A stretch of DNA of 63,511 bases, the filler included, from Octopus bimaculoides (lineage: Eukaryota), in NCBI RefSeq assembly GCF_001194135.2. It is 5 parts of 4 records of this genome, joined end to end, with 100 filler letters (N's around TTAATTAATTAA, not from the genome) between each part and the next. Parts side by side here need not be neighbours in the genome. Positions count along the whole stretch, not along the records: positions 61,373 to 63,511 come from NW_026309629.1; 4 more parts are not named here. The stretch is one strand, 5' to 3'. The notes beneath the pieces were generated by a model, which was not told the origin of the DNA, made no database searches, and saw only the letters and a program-made list of their open reading frames with translations. A program made the position numbers and the translations under genes. This document shows, in pieces, positions 62,884 through 63,511 of this stretch (positions are counted from its first letter, which is position 1; the number at the start of each line of letters is the position of its first letter).

Positions 62884-63336
62884 AGCCGCAAGAGAGGTAA
62901 GCCCTGTTCATTGTGCAACAACATGAGTGAAGTGAATACCATCAAAAATCATAATAGAAATGTTATGATTTATACAGAAGGGGGAACCAGTAAAGATTCC
63001 CATTTAGTGTACGCTGCAGAATGCACGAAACACAACTTGATTTATGTTGGTTGTACAACGGAACAATTAAACAAAAGGTTTAATGGGCACAGATTCGGTG
63101 TCAGGCTCAAGAACAGTAGTTCAACAGAACTTGCTGAACATTTCGTTTCAAGCGGCTGCAATTTTGAAGAAGATTTGAAAGTGCACATTCTCAAAAAATA
63201 TTCTGAATCTACCCCACTTTCACTTCTCAGAATGTATGAGGAGAAATATGTTTGCGGGTTATTGACATCACGCCCTGGAGGAATGAATAAGATGACAGGA
63301 GAATATCATCAAATTTATACAAAACTGTTTGATTGA
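62884..63336 (+). mobile_element. Penelope-like GIY-YIG endonuclease domain, open frame, 5'-truncated
   Basis: PCSLC..HLVYAAECTKHNLIYVGCT..LNKRFNGHR..ELAEHF..EEKY..RPGGMN, with no internal stops. Confidence 0.85.
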
Positions 63337-63426
63337 ATATTCTTCTTTCTCTCTTTTTTCTTTTCTTTTTCTGTCATCTTCTTTTTTCTATTTTTTTCTT
63401 TCTTTCTGCTTGTTAAAAAACTGACA

Positions 63427-63478
63427 AAAACTGATGATGTCATTCCCTGAACGTATGGACGCTGTCGAAATATTGTTC
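63427..63478 (+). ncRNA. Degenerate hammerhead-like motif in the PLE 3' UTR
   Basis: CTGATGA-T-GTCA...TGTC-GAA-ATAT-T, about 95 nt after the GIY-YIG stop and followed by AATAAA; stems I and II are imperfect. Confidence 0.4.
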
Positions 63479-63511
63479 AACGAATAAAACATCTATACAA
63501 TCGAATCGCAC

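Overview
Repeat-dominated, AT-rich eukaryotic DNA with many assembly gaps. The SINE families and microsatellite density point to a coleoid cephalopod, probably Octopus (inference). Four artificial N44-TTAATTAATTAA-N44 linkers split the window into five segments whose adjacency is not supported by sequence. The only host gene I can recognise is the terminal coding exon of SDHAF4 (DUF1674, minus strand, 32538-32833). Nearly all listed ORFs are microsatellite, gap or transposon artefacts. Mobile DNA includes at least three tRNA-derived SINE families, RTE, Tx1/L1-like and CR1-like LINE fragments, Penelope-like elements (PLEs) with GIY-YIG endonuclease, a DD37D maT element, mariner relics, and hAT, pogo, Tc1 and piggyBac-type MITEs. 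The most interesting signals are: several minimal hammerhead-ribozyme motifs, two loci of which are arranged as inverted pairs; a SINE 3' tail nearly identical to the 3' end of a Tx1-like LINE in the same window; a ~220-bp duplication flanking an RTE tail; and a ~36-bp minisatellite that partly reads as a 12-aa repeat. No CRISPR array, rRNA or true tRNA gene was found.
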